Below, in pieces: positions 1 through 13,182 of a stretch of DNA of 64,000 nt. Location: positions 124,001 to 188,000 of the forward strand of contig CBFDEM010000043.1 in NCBI GenBank assembly GCA_965603825.1, in the 5' to 3' direction. Made by a program: the position numbers and the translations under genes. Positions within the stretch are counted from its first letter, which is position 1. Every line of letters begins with the position of its first letter. The notes under the pieces were generated by a model that had not been told where the DNA came from, ran no database searches, and worked only from the letters and a program-made list of their open reading frames with translations. Source of the DNA: Blepharisma stoltei ATCC 30299 (taxonomy: Eukaryota > Protista > Ciliophora).

Positions 1-1
1 A

Positions 2-976
2 AATATCCCTGTAAAATCAAAATGCATTCATCCTATGTGTAAAGAATGTGAATGATGCCAAATTTGTAAAGACTATGTTATTGAAGACAAAAATGTTATT
101 GATAAAAATCTAAGCAAAAAGTTGGAATTTATGGAAACATACTGTTTAGAGCATAAAGAGCCAGCAATAAAGTTTAAAAAAGAATTTTGGGAAGTCCAAT
201 TACTTAACATTGAAATAAGAACATTTCCTAAAGTTTGCTGCAAAAATTGTAAAGGAGGCTCATTTAATTTGAGAAATAAAGATTATTTCAAGATGTTTGA
301 CACATTAGTTCAAGATGCTTTCTATTGTTTAGTTGAAAATCTATCCAGATTAGATATAAGGTATCAAGAAATTGCTGAGGAATGTAAGGGCGATTTTACA
401 ATTTCTAATTATAATCAACGCCTTGAAAAAATCCAAGAAATCGCACAGATATTAGAAGGTTTAAGTCAGCCTAATCAAATGATAAAAGAAGAAAAAATAT
501 TAAACAGATTTGAAGGGATTTATCCTTATGATGGCAGACCAACAAAAGGTTGAAGAGTTTCTAAAGATCAAGTTGAATCAATCTCTTTAACATGCAGTAG
601 AAATATAGCACTTCTGGGTCTGATATTGGGTGGAGATGTTTCAGGAGCTACGATTCATGCAGATATATATATAGCTTGCTCAGAAAATATTATAGTCGAT
701 GATCAGAGCCATATAAAAAATTTTGAAATAAAAAGTAAAGAAGAGCAGATTCGATTTGCAAATATGATTGAATTGACAGCAGAAACGAAGTACACTATTT
801 CTGTGATTTATGACAACATTGGTGGAATATTATTTAATGGAATCCCAGCAAAAAGAAAAATAAAGTTAGAATGCTCAATATATGAAATAGAAGTGGAAAG
901 CCCTAAGAACAATGGCCAATACCGCCTATATAGAAATGATATCGGAGGGCCAATATTAGGTTTTATTATTTCATAA
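2..976 (+). CDS. 5'-partial Zn-finger (RING/B-box-like) protein with C-terminal PHR domain
   Basis: Frame 2 is open from the window edge to TAA 974-976 if TGA (53, 551) = Trp; joins ORFs 122..553 and 626..976. The N-terminus has CIHPMCKECEWCQIC. The C-terminus has 'RFEGIYP..GWRV..QVESISL..SRNIALLGL' and ends 'GGPILGFI', resembling PHR domains. Confidence 0.6.
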
Positions 977-1176
977 GTAATAGTCATATTTCTGAAATTT
1001 TCTATAATTTAAATATATTATGGTAATGTTAATTAATAGTCCAGATAATTGATTTAGATTCAGCATGCTTGAATGCATTGCTTAAACTACTTATTATAGA
1101 TAAAGAATTTGGTAATTCATATTAATGATCAATTTTATTATTTTAAAACAAACATTATTTTAACTTCAATAAAATT

Positions 1177-2695
1177 ATGTATAATTCTCGTTATGGTAGC
1201 CAAAAACTCATGCAAAATCAAAGAAATGCAGAAACTCTTCTAGAATTTCTACTAGATAAACTCCAAGAAGAAACTAAATCAGAATGTGAGCATCTTGGAT
1301 TTGCAATTGAAGAGCTTTTTCCATTGTAAATTTCAATATAGGAACGCAAAAGAGTTTAACGATAAAGAAACTTCTTCCAAACTTTCTTTACCCCGCTATA
1401 ATCACTATGAACAGAAAAGATTTGTCAAACTTTTAAAAGTTTCCACAGAAATCTGTCAAAAATTAGAAGGAAAAAACCCTTTAGCTTTCGCTAAACTACA
1501 AAATCTTATAAATGGGATAAATCTAAGTGAGTCTTTATCCCCTGTGAAGCCAAAAGGCAGCCTAAATTCAGTATCACATAGCGTTACTTTTCAGTCCCCG
1601 CATGATGTTATTGATTATTGTTATACCAGAGAAAGAAAAAAATATAATCAAAGCTTAAGAGTCCTCAACAATATTTCTACTATAAAAAAAGAAGAATTTG
1701 AAAAAATCCAAGAGAAAATTTCACAATTTGACTTAAAAGAAAAAAAAATTAAAGCAGAATTACAAAAAAAAGAAGAAAAGCACGAAAAACATACAGAAAT
1801 TCAGAATATAAAAAGACATCAACATTTAGAGAAAAAATCAGAAATTGAAGAAATTTTCAAAAAACAATGCGGAAGGCATTTTTTAGAGTTGGAAGGAAAA
1901 ATGAAAAAATTGTCTGAGGCAAACAAAATAAAAATCCGAGAAAAATTAAAAGACAAACACGAGGAGATAAAGAAAAAGATTGAGCAGGATTTTGAAAAAA
2001 TTGTAATGAGTGAGGAAAGATTTATAAGCGAAAGCGAAGAGGTGGAAAAACTTATGAAAGAATTAGAAGAAAAAATAGATAGAAGGATAGAAAAATATGG
2101 GAAAATTGTAAAAATGAGAATTCAATCAGCAAGAGAGCATGCTGAAAAGGTTGGGTATATCATGAATTTATCCCAAATGGAAGAAATAAAGCGGCAAGAA
2201 GAAAATTTAAAAAAAGCCATTGCAAAGTCATTGACACTTTCTGATAAAAAAGAGAAAAAAGAAAATTATGCTAGAGAAACTGTTGGAAAAACCAAGAAAA
2301 TGATTGAAAGAAGTATTAATAGAAGAACTAAAAGTCTTAATGAAAAATACGAAGAAGAGAACGAAAGAATCAAAAATATTGAGCAGAGAGACTCAAGAAA
2401 GACAAAATCTCAGCTAAAAATTCAGAGGGATGCTAAAATATTGAGAAAAGAAAAAATTAAAAAAAACATAGAAAAGAAAAGCGAGCAAATAGAAAAATAT
2501 ATGAAGGAAATGCATGAATTTGATAAATTTAGGGACAAAATTCTTGAAAAGCATTTTAAGATGGCTCAAATTGCGGATGATATAAAAAATCATAGAAATC
2601 AGCTGTCAACAATAACCAGAAAAAGCAATCTTGAGCTAAATATGGTCAGAAGTGAATATACTTCACCTGCTAAATTAAATAAAAACGTGGCCTAG
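1177..2695 (+). CDS. Coiled-coil hypothetical protein (one 16-nt intron)
   Basis: The ATG 1177 frame joins ORF 1286..2695 after removing the intron 1326..1341; E/K-rich heptads. Confidence 0.75.
1326..1341 (+). other. 16-nt spliceosomal intron
   Basis: gtaaatttcaatatag; removal links the upstream ATG frame to the long ORF. Confidence 0.75.
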
Positions 2696-2825
2696 CTTTT
2701 TGCTTTATATAATTTCCAACAATAATCTTTCTTATAATCTATAAATATCTGCCAATAATAATATAATTAATGGATCTCAAAAGCATTTATTATAAGCACT
2801 ATTTATTTTTACCAATAACTCTTAA

Positions 2826-4146
2826 TTAATCTTTTCTTCTTACCAAGATCACGTCATTATCTTTTAAATTGAGTGCACTCAGATTTTGGTTATCAAACCT
2901 CAACAAGTCAAATCCAAGATGTTCCATCACTTCATGATCTCCATAGAACAGTTTTTGTTCTGATTTTGGTATCCCATAAATTCTTTCACATAAAGTCTTC
3001 AAGTCTCTGACTTTCCAACTGAGACTTACAACATGATCTTGAGATTCGCCTTCCTCAAGCCTTATATGCACCAATGCTTCTGTGGGCGGTGCTAAATTTA
3101 CTTCAGCAAATTTCAGCACATTACCATGTTTGCTATGAACTTTATCAAATACTTGAATATTCGTTGGGATTTCTTCAGGAATAAGCCACTCAAATAAAGT
3201 TTCTTTGGTTGGCTGCATTACATGTCTACTTATATCAGCAGGATCACTGAAATCTCTTAAAAATTGCCTTTCTGCTGTCGTTCTTTCTTTTACTGAAACT
3301 TTGCTTCCATTGATTTCTTCTATATTCTGTAGATAATTAATCAAGATTTTCCTAGCATGTTCTTTAAATCTCTCACTAAATGTGCTGTCATTAATCCTTA
3401 GTTCAGTTAAAACTGGGAAACTATTCAAATTGTAAATTGATTGCAAATCTCTTATTTGAGTGAAACTCAAATTCAATCTTTTCAGTTTTTTAAACCCATC
3501 TAAATGTGACACATTGATGATTTCTGCAATTGGGTTATTATATAGCTTCAGCTCTTGCAGATTTTCCATTACAGATAAAGCTTCAATTTGGGAAAACTCC
3601 CTGATATCACATTTCCCCAAATTTAGCCTTGTAACATTCTGAAAACAGTCCCTAAAAACTTCAATAAAATCTATTCTTGATGCCCTAAGGACCAAGGTTT
3701 CTATATTCGGGAAAGTTTTGCTCATAATTCTCATCTCTTGGTACCCCAAATTTACACGATTCATAACTAGCCATTTTAGTTTTTCAAATACACTATCACT
3801 ATCAGCAAAAGATTGAGGATCAAGTCTTAAACGGCCTATATCAATAAACTCAAGGGCCTGAGGTAAAGTTTACGTTTAACTGTTTGCAGATGTTTATAAG
3901 CTCTTGCCAATTTGTGATACAAGTTTCAGAGATATCGAGTTCTTTTATATTTGGGCATGTCATTGAGATTTCGCCTTCTGGGCCTGAAGATGATAAGTTT
4001 GAGTTTTTTAGGGAAACAACGGTGAGTTCTTCAAGGGTTGGAATGCGGTTTACCTGACTGGAGGATACCTTTATTTGGACGCCACTTATGTTAGGCTTGT
4101 TATAAGAATTCACATACCGATCCCGTACTAATGCCACAAAAGACAT
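2826..4146 (-). CDS. TBCEL: Tubulin-specific chaperone cofactor E-like protein (LRR + C-terminal ubiquitin-like, no CAP-Gly)
   Basis: MSFVALVRDRY start, 'CPNIKELDIS..ITNW' LRRs, LRRcap 'INGSKVSVKERTTAER', C-terminal UBL. The two ORFs are joined by the intron 3858..3873. Confidence 0.85.
3858..3873 (-). other. 16-nt spliceosomal intron
   Basis: gtaaactttacctcag on the minus strand; removal restores the LRR frame (QLN|ALEFIDIG). Confidence 0.85.
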
Positions 4147-4233
4147 ATTTTATCTTTAAAATATACATAAAAGATTTTAATATATATCCCAGCCCCAAAC
4201 TATCTAATTTATCTTAAGAAGAATTTTCAATTA

Positions 4234-6213
4234 TTATTCATCTTTGGCGCTCATAAAAATATTTAAAGTTCCTAATGACTCTAGTCTTTCTAATAATTTC
4301 GCGCCATCATATTTCTCATGGAAAATCAGCTCAAATTTATTTTCTGGCAAATGATCCTGTAGAGTTCCCACTTGGGCTTTTTTGCTTATATGATGAGGCT
4401 CAGGGAACAAAGGGTCTAAAGCAATTTTAAAAGCATTTTCAAGCATTGCTGGTATAATCCTCGCTAAAATAGGAGACGAAAGCTCAAGACAAGGATTAGT
4501 ATTGACTTCTAAAAGCCAAGGCTTCAAATTAGAATCCAATAGAAAATCATACCCATATATTTCAAAAGTATGAGCCCTATTATTTTTGCTTATTTTCATA
4601 TAAACAGCTTGTATTGTATCTTTAACTATATCTTTCATAGCAGGGAGTACATCGTCAAAAAAGTTAATATTTACTTTTGGCCTTCTGTTTTCTATATACC
4701 TCTGAAACTCCATATACGAAATTTTATTTCCATTCTCAAATTTCCCATAGTCCTCTGACTTTTTCTGCACAGCGTCATTTGTTAAATGGATAAATTTATT
4801 ATCAAGATTTTTGGGTGAGTATTCTTTACACGCAGTTCTTAAATATCCTTCTTGGTAAAAATAAGCTTGAATAATTCCATTAGTAGCTGTAACAAGCGTA
4901 TACAAGCGAATATCAAATTTTCGCTTATTGATTAAATAAGGCCTATCTAAATATTTTTGAATAATAAAAGTATGCTCACCTGTCTTAGGAAATGGGTTAT
5001 TTCTGACCTCTTGGGTAATTTTTTCTAAAGTATCGCACACACATATTCCATTTCCTCTATTTGTATTTTCTCCTGGCTTTAAAATCCACAGATTTTGCTG
5101 TTTTGAGGATTTTAACTCTTGGAAATAGTTTAAAAACTCGATAAATTCTGGGTCTTCTTCTCCAAATTTTATATGAAAAGTAAGCGGCAAATAATTAAAA
5201 ACATTTTTTCTTAAGGCGCTATAATACTTTTTCATGTTCATATATAAAAATTTTTTATCTGATAAATTTGAGTTGAATTCTAGCCTGTTGTGGCATTTTA
5301 TCTGATGAGGAATGTATTGGAGTTTTTCACTTAAAACGACATATGAGCTACTTTTAGTAATAATATCATACCCTAATGGGGAAATATCTACACTTTTTTC
5401 TTCAAGGACTTCAGACTCGTAAAAAATTTTACAATCTATTGACCTTTTTTCAATATTCTCTATATTTTCTGGCCTGTCTCTTATAATTGGGATAGAATTA
5501 ATAAATTCTTGACTTTTCAACTGTGTCCAAGACATATTTACCCCTGGACTTTGCTCTTCTTCAGCTTGTGACCACCATCATCTGCTATTAAAACATTGCT
5601 TTACAAGCGGATGATTGTTTCCTTTTCCTAAAAAATATTTATACAGCCCTCCATTGCTTTCGTTATGAGTAATAATAATTCCATTACTTGCGTTTATAAA
5701 GGATGACAACTCAGATTGTATGAATTCTTTGGCCTTGCCGAGCCACGATTTATCTCTCATAGCTTCTTTTAAAGAGACCATCCCATTTTTCTGGATCCTA
5801 AAAGCAGACAAATCAATTTCAAAATGTTTAGGAATCACTGTGGTCCTATAAGTAAAATTTTCGTCGTTTGCTCCCGTTTTTCTATTGATAAGGATAGGGG
5901 AGTCGATGTTTTCTGTAATAATTCGTCTACCTTTGAAAATACTGATTTTACTATAAATTCTTGGATTCCTATGGGTTTGCTTCTCTGCGACTTTTGGGGA
6001 GTAAATACTTTTAACTGCATTTATAATTTCTTTATCATCTAAATTGGTGTGGCCTTCTGGAGATTGGCTTAATTTAGGTTTCGTGTTTGGTAAGCTTCCT
6101 TTCGTTATTTCAGTTTTATTGTTAAGTTTGCTTAATTGTTTCCTTTGAGGAACAGATGGAATTTTTGGCCGATCTTTTACATGCTGACTTTGAACAGACT
6201 TACGAATTGACAT
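4234..6213 (-). CDS. Tubulin-tyrosine-ligase-like (TTLL) enzyme, probably glycylase-type
   Basis: Motifs WILKPG..NRGNGI, IIQKY..PYLI..RKFDIR, HLTNDAVQK, FEIYGYDF, WLLEVNTNP. TGA 5578-5580 read as W gives GNN..LVK...RWWW...WTQ. Start 6213 (or 6243) is uncertain. Confidence 0.9.
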
Positions 6214-6486
6214 GAAATCACTAATTATAAAACGAAAAGACATTGAGAACCATTTTAGTCGGTTTTTTAATTGCGGCAAGAAGAAGTTAGTTAAGAGTTT
6301 ATGTAAGAAAATAAGATTAAGTTATTTTATAACTGCTTAAGAGAAAAAATAAATTCACTAATAGCATTATAATTTAAAAAAATTTATCTAAATATATATT
6401 AAAAATTAAAAAAATTGATAAAGTATCTAAATATTATAATTAAATTAAGAAATTTAAAACAAATTTTAATATAATTTATTCATATT

Positions 6487-9400
6487 TTATCGATATGTTA
6501 GTTCATCTAATGCTCTCCTAAGCCTGTCATTATCTCTTTGCAGAAGCTCATACTGCATAAAGAGCGATCTATATTTTTTGTCTGCTTCATCCATAAGATG
6601 GATTTCTTTTTCCATATCTTTTCGAAGTGTTTCATTAGCCTCATTAACCCTTTTCAGTTTTTGTTCTAAATCTCTATTAATATCTTCTCTCAGCCTCAAT
6701 TCTTTGACTTCTTCTTCTAAGTTTGTGACTTTCATTGTCAAGACTTTTTCATTCTTAGCTCTTTCTTCTTCTTTTGGAGTGGCCATCATAGTTCTTTTCA
6801 GCAGGTCATTTTCTGCTCTTAGCTTGTCAATCACATTTCTTAAAGAATCTATTACTTGTTCAAGCTCTTTTGTTGACCTTGTCGGTCCTTCCATAAATGT
6901 TGATCTCACTTCTGCTTCTCCAACATCTGCAAACTTTACCGTCTGTGGCTCTTCATCTTTTACCTTCAGCCCTTCTTTAATAACTGCATTCTTGAACTGC
7001 TCCAATTCTTTTATCCTTCTCTGCAGTCTTGCCAACTGCAAACTAAGCGTCTCTTTTTCGAATTTCATGTCCAAATTTTCCGCCTCAACTTCCAGCAGCT
7101 TTTCAGCTTCTTCAAGCTCTTTTTTCGAAATTTCCTCCAAGACCTCTTCAAGTCTTTTTACCTTCATATTAAGCTCATAGACCTCATCTTCCCTGAGCCC
7201 TTCTACACTTTTTATTTTCCCTGCTCTTAATTTCTCCAATTGTGACTGTAAACTCATATTTTCTACTTTAAAATGTTTATTTTCTTCATGCAAAATATGG
7301 TTATCATGCTGCAGCTTTTTGCATTCACTTTGAATGGTTACTTGGATTCGCTTTTGTAGAGCCATATTTTGCTGCTGGAGCTCAAAAAGTTCTTTTCGCA
7401 TTGCTTCCATTTCAGAAATTTGGCTAAAAGTGACTGGTTCTTGGATTTTTTCTGCTGGAATTTCGATGCGTTTAGAAATTTCTTGTTTTTCTTGTTCGAG
7501 CTTGCGGGTGAGGCCTTCAAAATGAGCGATTTGTTTTTCTTTGGTTTCGAGCTCAGCTTTTAGCATGCTGATTTGCTTGTTCAGCATTTCGAATTTTCGT
7601 TCATCGCGTTGGGATTCTAAAGAAGCCTGGGGTCTTGTGTCGTTTGCTTTTTTACTTTCTATTTCGGATGGTCTTACAGATTTGATAGGGCTTGCAATTA
7701 CATTTTTTATAGCTTTGTCAAGCTTTTTAATTGCAATTCCTGGTTCTTCACCTCCTTCTCTTGTTTTCATAGCAGCTGCTGCAAACTGCTGTGAAAACTG
7801 TATCAATAAATTTGTCTCTTCTTCACTCAGCCCTACTCTTTTGTCATTTAAATTCCTTCTGAACACCCCTACCGCTATCTTTTTCAGTCCATCAGCTAGC
7901 ATTTCTAAAGTCATTCTCTTATTATTGAGCATATTCCCAAACCTCCTTATAAAATTCTCCATTGCTGGCTCAATCTCGATCGGTTTTGCTTTGGTATTTA
8001 ATTTTTCTAGCTGATTCGCCATTTTATTTTTTTCTTTTTCCAAATTTGCTATAGTCTCTCTTAGCTGTTTTATATCTGCTGTCTGATTGGCCGTATACCT
8101 ACTGGGGGCCTCTTGCACCCTTACTGGCTGTTCTTTATGTTCCTCTATTCTTTTTTTCAGCTCATTATTTTCTTTCATAAGCTTATTCAGCATTTCTTGT
8201 TTTTTCATCTGGTTGTCCACAATTCTCTTGTTTTCTTCTTTTGCTTTGGTTTCTCGCTCTGCGACTTCTATTTTTTCTGTTTTCAGACGGTTTATTTCTT
8301 CTCTGGCTTCTTTCATTTGTTTGGTCAAAGTTTCGATCCTTTGTTGGGCTTTCGCCATGTTTTGGGCTATGACTGAGTTGTCAGAGTTTTCTCTGAGGGC
8401 TTTTTCGCGTAGGTCTTTTTCTTTGACTTCGTTGGTTTCTGCAGCTTTTAAGAGGTCGTCTTTGAGCTCAGCTAAACTTTTTTTGAGTCCTTGAAGTTCT
8501 TTGTCTTTAATTTGCAGCTGCTTTTTGGCGAGCTCAAGCTCTTTTTTGTAGCCTTCTCCAGTGTTTTTAGCTTTTTCTATATTTAGTTCATATTTGGTGT
8601 CTTCTAGTTCTTTTCTAAGCTGGTTTAGAAGCCTTTCATTTTGCTCTTTTATTTTTTCTGCCCCTTTAAGCTGCCCAATCAGATAGTTCAAGCGGGAATC
8701 CCTGTCTTGAAGCAATACATCAAGATCTGGCCTATAGCTGCTTGACGGTCTTGACCTTATATTAGACGCATTAATGGCTCCTTGTAAGTTTGCCATAGCC
8801 CCTGTTGTCCTAGTCTGCAGCTCTTCAGCCAGTCTATGGGCTTCTCTTACTGACTCTTGTTGAGCCCTTACAAGGTCTTGTTGCAATTTTTGTATTTGTG
8901 CTTCTTTTCTCTCCAACTGTGCATTTTTATTATCAATCATTTCATTCAGTGTCTTTATAGTCGCATTTGCCGCTTGTGCTAGTTGGTCAGCTTCATTTTC
9001 CCCTGTAATTTTTATTAATTCTTCTCTTGAAAATATTGTCCTGCTCTCCTGAGTCAGCCCAGTTCCTGCTCTTTCTGCTTCATTTCTTACAGCAGTTAAA
9101 TGGTTTATTTGTTCATTTCTGATTTTTATCGTATTTTCTGCGATCCTCAGCTGTTCTTTTAGTGTAGCAATATCGTCATCTTTTTTCTTTACCTCCCCAG
9201 GTGTGATTTTTGGCTGAAAACCATCAGAAGTGTGGATCTGGAACTTGGGGTTCAGCAGCATTTTTTGTCGTTCGTCGTCTTTTTTGCGTCACGCTTCTTC
9301 TTTTTTGGCTAAAACTGACTCCCATCTTGCTACTTCTTGTTCCAAAGTCCTTATATTGTCCATATCTTGAACGTGGATTCTTGCATAGTATTCTTCTTTT

Positions 9401-12400
9401 TCTTTACTATGGCCCATTTCACGCTTAGCTTTAAGCTCATTGAGCCTCAATTGGCTCATTCTTTCAGCCATCTCTACAAGTCGGTCAGAAATATCGTCAG
9501 AGCTGCCTGTTTTTATAAGCTGGTATATTTCTTCAGCTGCGTTTTTCATGATTTTGGCTTCTTCTGACTTGCTTTCTAGGTCTAAAAGTTCGCCTCGGAG
9601 CCTTCGGGTTTCGTCTTCTAGCTCACTTTTCTTTTCCCCGAGGTCTCTGATTTGAGAAATAAACTCATTTGCCTTATCGAGGCTTATGTTGTGCTCAGAT
9701 TTTAGCTTGAGTTCGCGGATTTGGGACTCATAATTGGCAATTTTTTCAGTCAGGACTTGTTGGAGGTCGTAAATTCCTTTTTCTTTTTCCATGGTTTCGT
9801 TTTCAAGACGGAAAGCTTCAGCTCGAAGGTTCCTGGCTTCGTTTAGAAGACTGTCGTATTTTCTATTTGCGGAGGCTTCTGACCAGCGGGAGACCATCAC
9901 TTGGTGATAAAGTTTTCCGACTGTGGCGGCTTCAGCGTTATCAGCTTGCATCTCTCTTATAGCTCTTTGGAAAGTGTCGATTTCGTCTTTTCGCTTTTCA
10001 ATGCTCAGCTGTAAAGCTCGGACGTGGTCTGCAGATACTTGTACTAATGATTTATAAGTGTTCATAGCTGCTCTTGCTTCTGCTAGTTCTTTTTGCAAAA
10101 TTTCATTATTTTGTTTTAATTGTTCAGCTTCAGCTTTGCTGACAGTATTAGCTAGCCTATGCTTATTAGTGGCGTCTTCTTCTCTCATGATGTGGTATTT
10201 CTTAGTCAGGTCTATATTTTTGGCTTCTAATATTTCTATATGCTTTTCTGCTTCACTTAAAGAAGTTTCTAGGTTTTTCATCCTTACTTGGTATCTTTCT
10301 ACTTTATTCTGTGCAGCTTGTTCTCTAGCTTCATATAGGGCAACTAGTCTTCTATCTCCTCTTCCACCTCCATATGAATATTCTGGGTCATTTCTGACCG
10401 CTTCTTCAGCTTCTCTAATTAGTATTTGAGAATCCCTTTCCTTTGTGCTGCTCTTAAACTGTGTAATAAATTCTGCTACACTGATATAGCCATCTCTATC
10501 ACTATTCATAGAGTTCCACAGCTCATCCAGCTGTTCTCTTGTTAGCCCTGCATTCATCCTCGCAAAGGTCTGGTTGAATTCTCCTCTATTGATTCTCCCA
10601 TCATGATTTGTATCAAATGCAGAAAAAGCTTGATATAAGTCCATTCCTACCTTTCTTAATGTGTCATTAATTCTGGCTATAAGCTCATCTTTCCAGTCTG
10701 CTGACATTGCTTTTTTCTCTTGAGGCTTAAGCTCTAATTCTCTTTCAAAAACTTTGGAAAACTCGGAAAATTCGATTAGACCGTCTTTGTTTGTGTCAAT
10801 TAATTTCATTACTTTTTCGATTTGGTTGACTGTTAAGCCTAAATCGAAATTAGTAAAAGAATCCAAAAGCTCTTTTCTAGTAATTTGCCCATCTCCATCT
10901 CTATCAAAAATACAGAATACATCATAAAGTGTATAGTTCAGCTTCTTCACAGCTTGATATATCACTTGGATTATTTGCTGCTCCTCAGTCATCGACTGCA
11001 CCCCATATATTTTCATTTTTCTAATAAATTCAGTATATTTTACAGTGTTATCTAAATCCACATCAATAGACCTCAGCACAGCCGTTACCTCAGCTGGCAT
11101 CAGTTTTATTCCAATATTTTCCAAGGCAGACCTAAACTCGTCCTTTGTGATTTTTCCATCTTTATTTTTATCAAAAAGGTTAAAAGCAGTTTCTGGGCTT
11201 ATGAATTTTGATTTAAGATGGCTGACCACACGTCGAAGTACAGCCTGCTCAAGGCGAAAAGAAGGATCATAAGACTCAAGGCGGCGGGAAACCATATCAA
11301 GCTCAGCGTCCATATCGATTTTTAAGTCATCATAATTTCTGATTTTTTCATGAAGCTGGATATTTTCACGTTCCATATTTTCATACTTAGAAAGCCGCTT
11401 ATAAAGGTCTGCTTCTTTTACAATAGAATCTGCTAATTTTTCTTGAGCTATATCAAGCTGATGTTCTATAGCTTCATATCTGTCTATTTGTACAGATTGC
11501 CTAAGCTGTTTAAACAAAAACTGCAGCTGATAAGTAGCAGAAACCCTCCACTCTTTAAGTCTTCCTATTTTCTTCTGTACCAGTACATCTTTTTCAGCAT
11601 GTTCTGACTCAAATGAATGATAAGCCATCCTCAAATCTTTTTCTTCACTTTGTAAACAGTCATATTTTCTTGCCAATCTCAAATTATTTACTTCTAGCAG
11701 TGCAATTCTGGTCGCATATTCTGCAACTTTTGCCCTCTCAGAGCCAACACTGTTATCTTGTATAGTTTTTGCCATATCTTCATAAACCCCTACCTGTGCT
11801 CTGGCTTCTCTGAGTTCTTGTAAAGCTGTTTCATACTGATTTTGTAGATGGTTTCTGTCTTCTTTCCACCTTAAGTTTTCTATAGAATATTGTTTATAGA
11901 GCTCTTCTTGGACTAGTAAAATTTCTCTTAATTTATTTCTGAATTCTTCTAACTCGATTGCAGTGAGTTTGTCGTCTTCGTCTCTTCTTGAAATCATTTC
12001 TAACAGCTCTACAATTTGAAGCTGTAAAGCTGATAGGTCTCTTTTAGGCTCGCCAGTCCAGATTTCAGCGACTGGGAGTTTTCCGCCGAATCTGTAGGAG
12101 TAGCCTTCATGGAATTCTCCCATAGGGTCTGGAATTGGGACAGGTGGTAGCTGCAATATATGTCGAGAAATGGTGGCTCTTTCTTCAGTAGTAGGGGTCA
12201 TCCCTGAAAAAAGTTTCATTAAAAGGTCTTTAAGCTCTTTGTTTTCAAGGCGAATTTGTTCTAAAATCTGCTCAGAAAGGCCGTTATCAGTAGATTTGGT
12301 CCCAAACGAATGAGATTCCAGTATCTGCAACTGTGCTTTTAGCCTCTCAATTTCATTTAAAAGCTCTTTAGATCTATCATTTAGCGGCAGTTCTACCCTC

Positions 12401-13182
12401 CCTTCCCTTAAATTATTCGCAAATTCATCGACCATCCTCATTTGTTCAGCAGTCAATTGGTGGAACCTTAAGCCTTTTTCTCCATAAAGTGTCGATAAAT
12501 TCCTCAATTTATACCTCAAATCCACCCTTTCTTTTTCTAATTCTTCGACTTCTTCTTCAAGCCTCCTTATCCTTCCTTTATATTCTTCAATTTTTTGCTT
12601 TTCTGCAAGCTTGATTTCTTGTAAATTAAACCCATAATTTTCAGGCACCCCCGTCATTTCTCTAAGCACTCGATTTTCTGACATGATGTCTTGCATTTGG
12701 TTACTTAAAAGTGTTCAATCCTTAGTCAGTTTTTCTACTTCTCGCTTCAAGGCTAAATTGTCCTTTTTTTCGCCGCGGATGTCTTTGAAAGCGTCAGTGT
12801 TGCCTTGGCTTTCGGCGACTTCTTTAAGTTTGCTGGTTAAGAATTCAATTTCGTTTTCTTTGTCTTTAAGCAGTTTTTGGTCTATTTGCAGACGGTCGTT
12901 TTCACGCCGGAGTTCTTCATTTTTAGCTGTGACTTCGTCAATTAGTTTGCGGAATTTTTCTTTTTCGAGGACAGCAGCTTTTTGAGCACGGTCGTCAACT
13001 ATTTTGTCGAAGTTTACGAGAGTTGTGTGGGCTTGGCGGTTCTCGTCTTCGAATTTTCTGTTGGAGTGCTCGAGCTCGATGATGCGCTCGTCGCGGATTT
13101 TGAGTTCTTGCTCGAGCTTGACGATTTGGCGACGGCGGAACTCGAGCTCTTTCTTTAGGTCCATGATCTCTTTTTGGGACAT
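6487..13182 (-). CDS. CEP290: CEP290 homologue (~2231 aa) with an internal six-EF-hand insertion
   Basis: Three ORFs fuse in frame across TGA 12715 and 9289. CEP290-like blocks: ENRVLREMTGV, EVEELEKERVDLR, RIALLEVNNLRLARKY, VGKLYHQVMVSRWSEA, AANATIKTLNEMI. TGA 9289 sits at the W of the human 'AWDQRE' equivalent. Confidence 0.85.
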
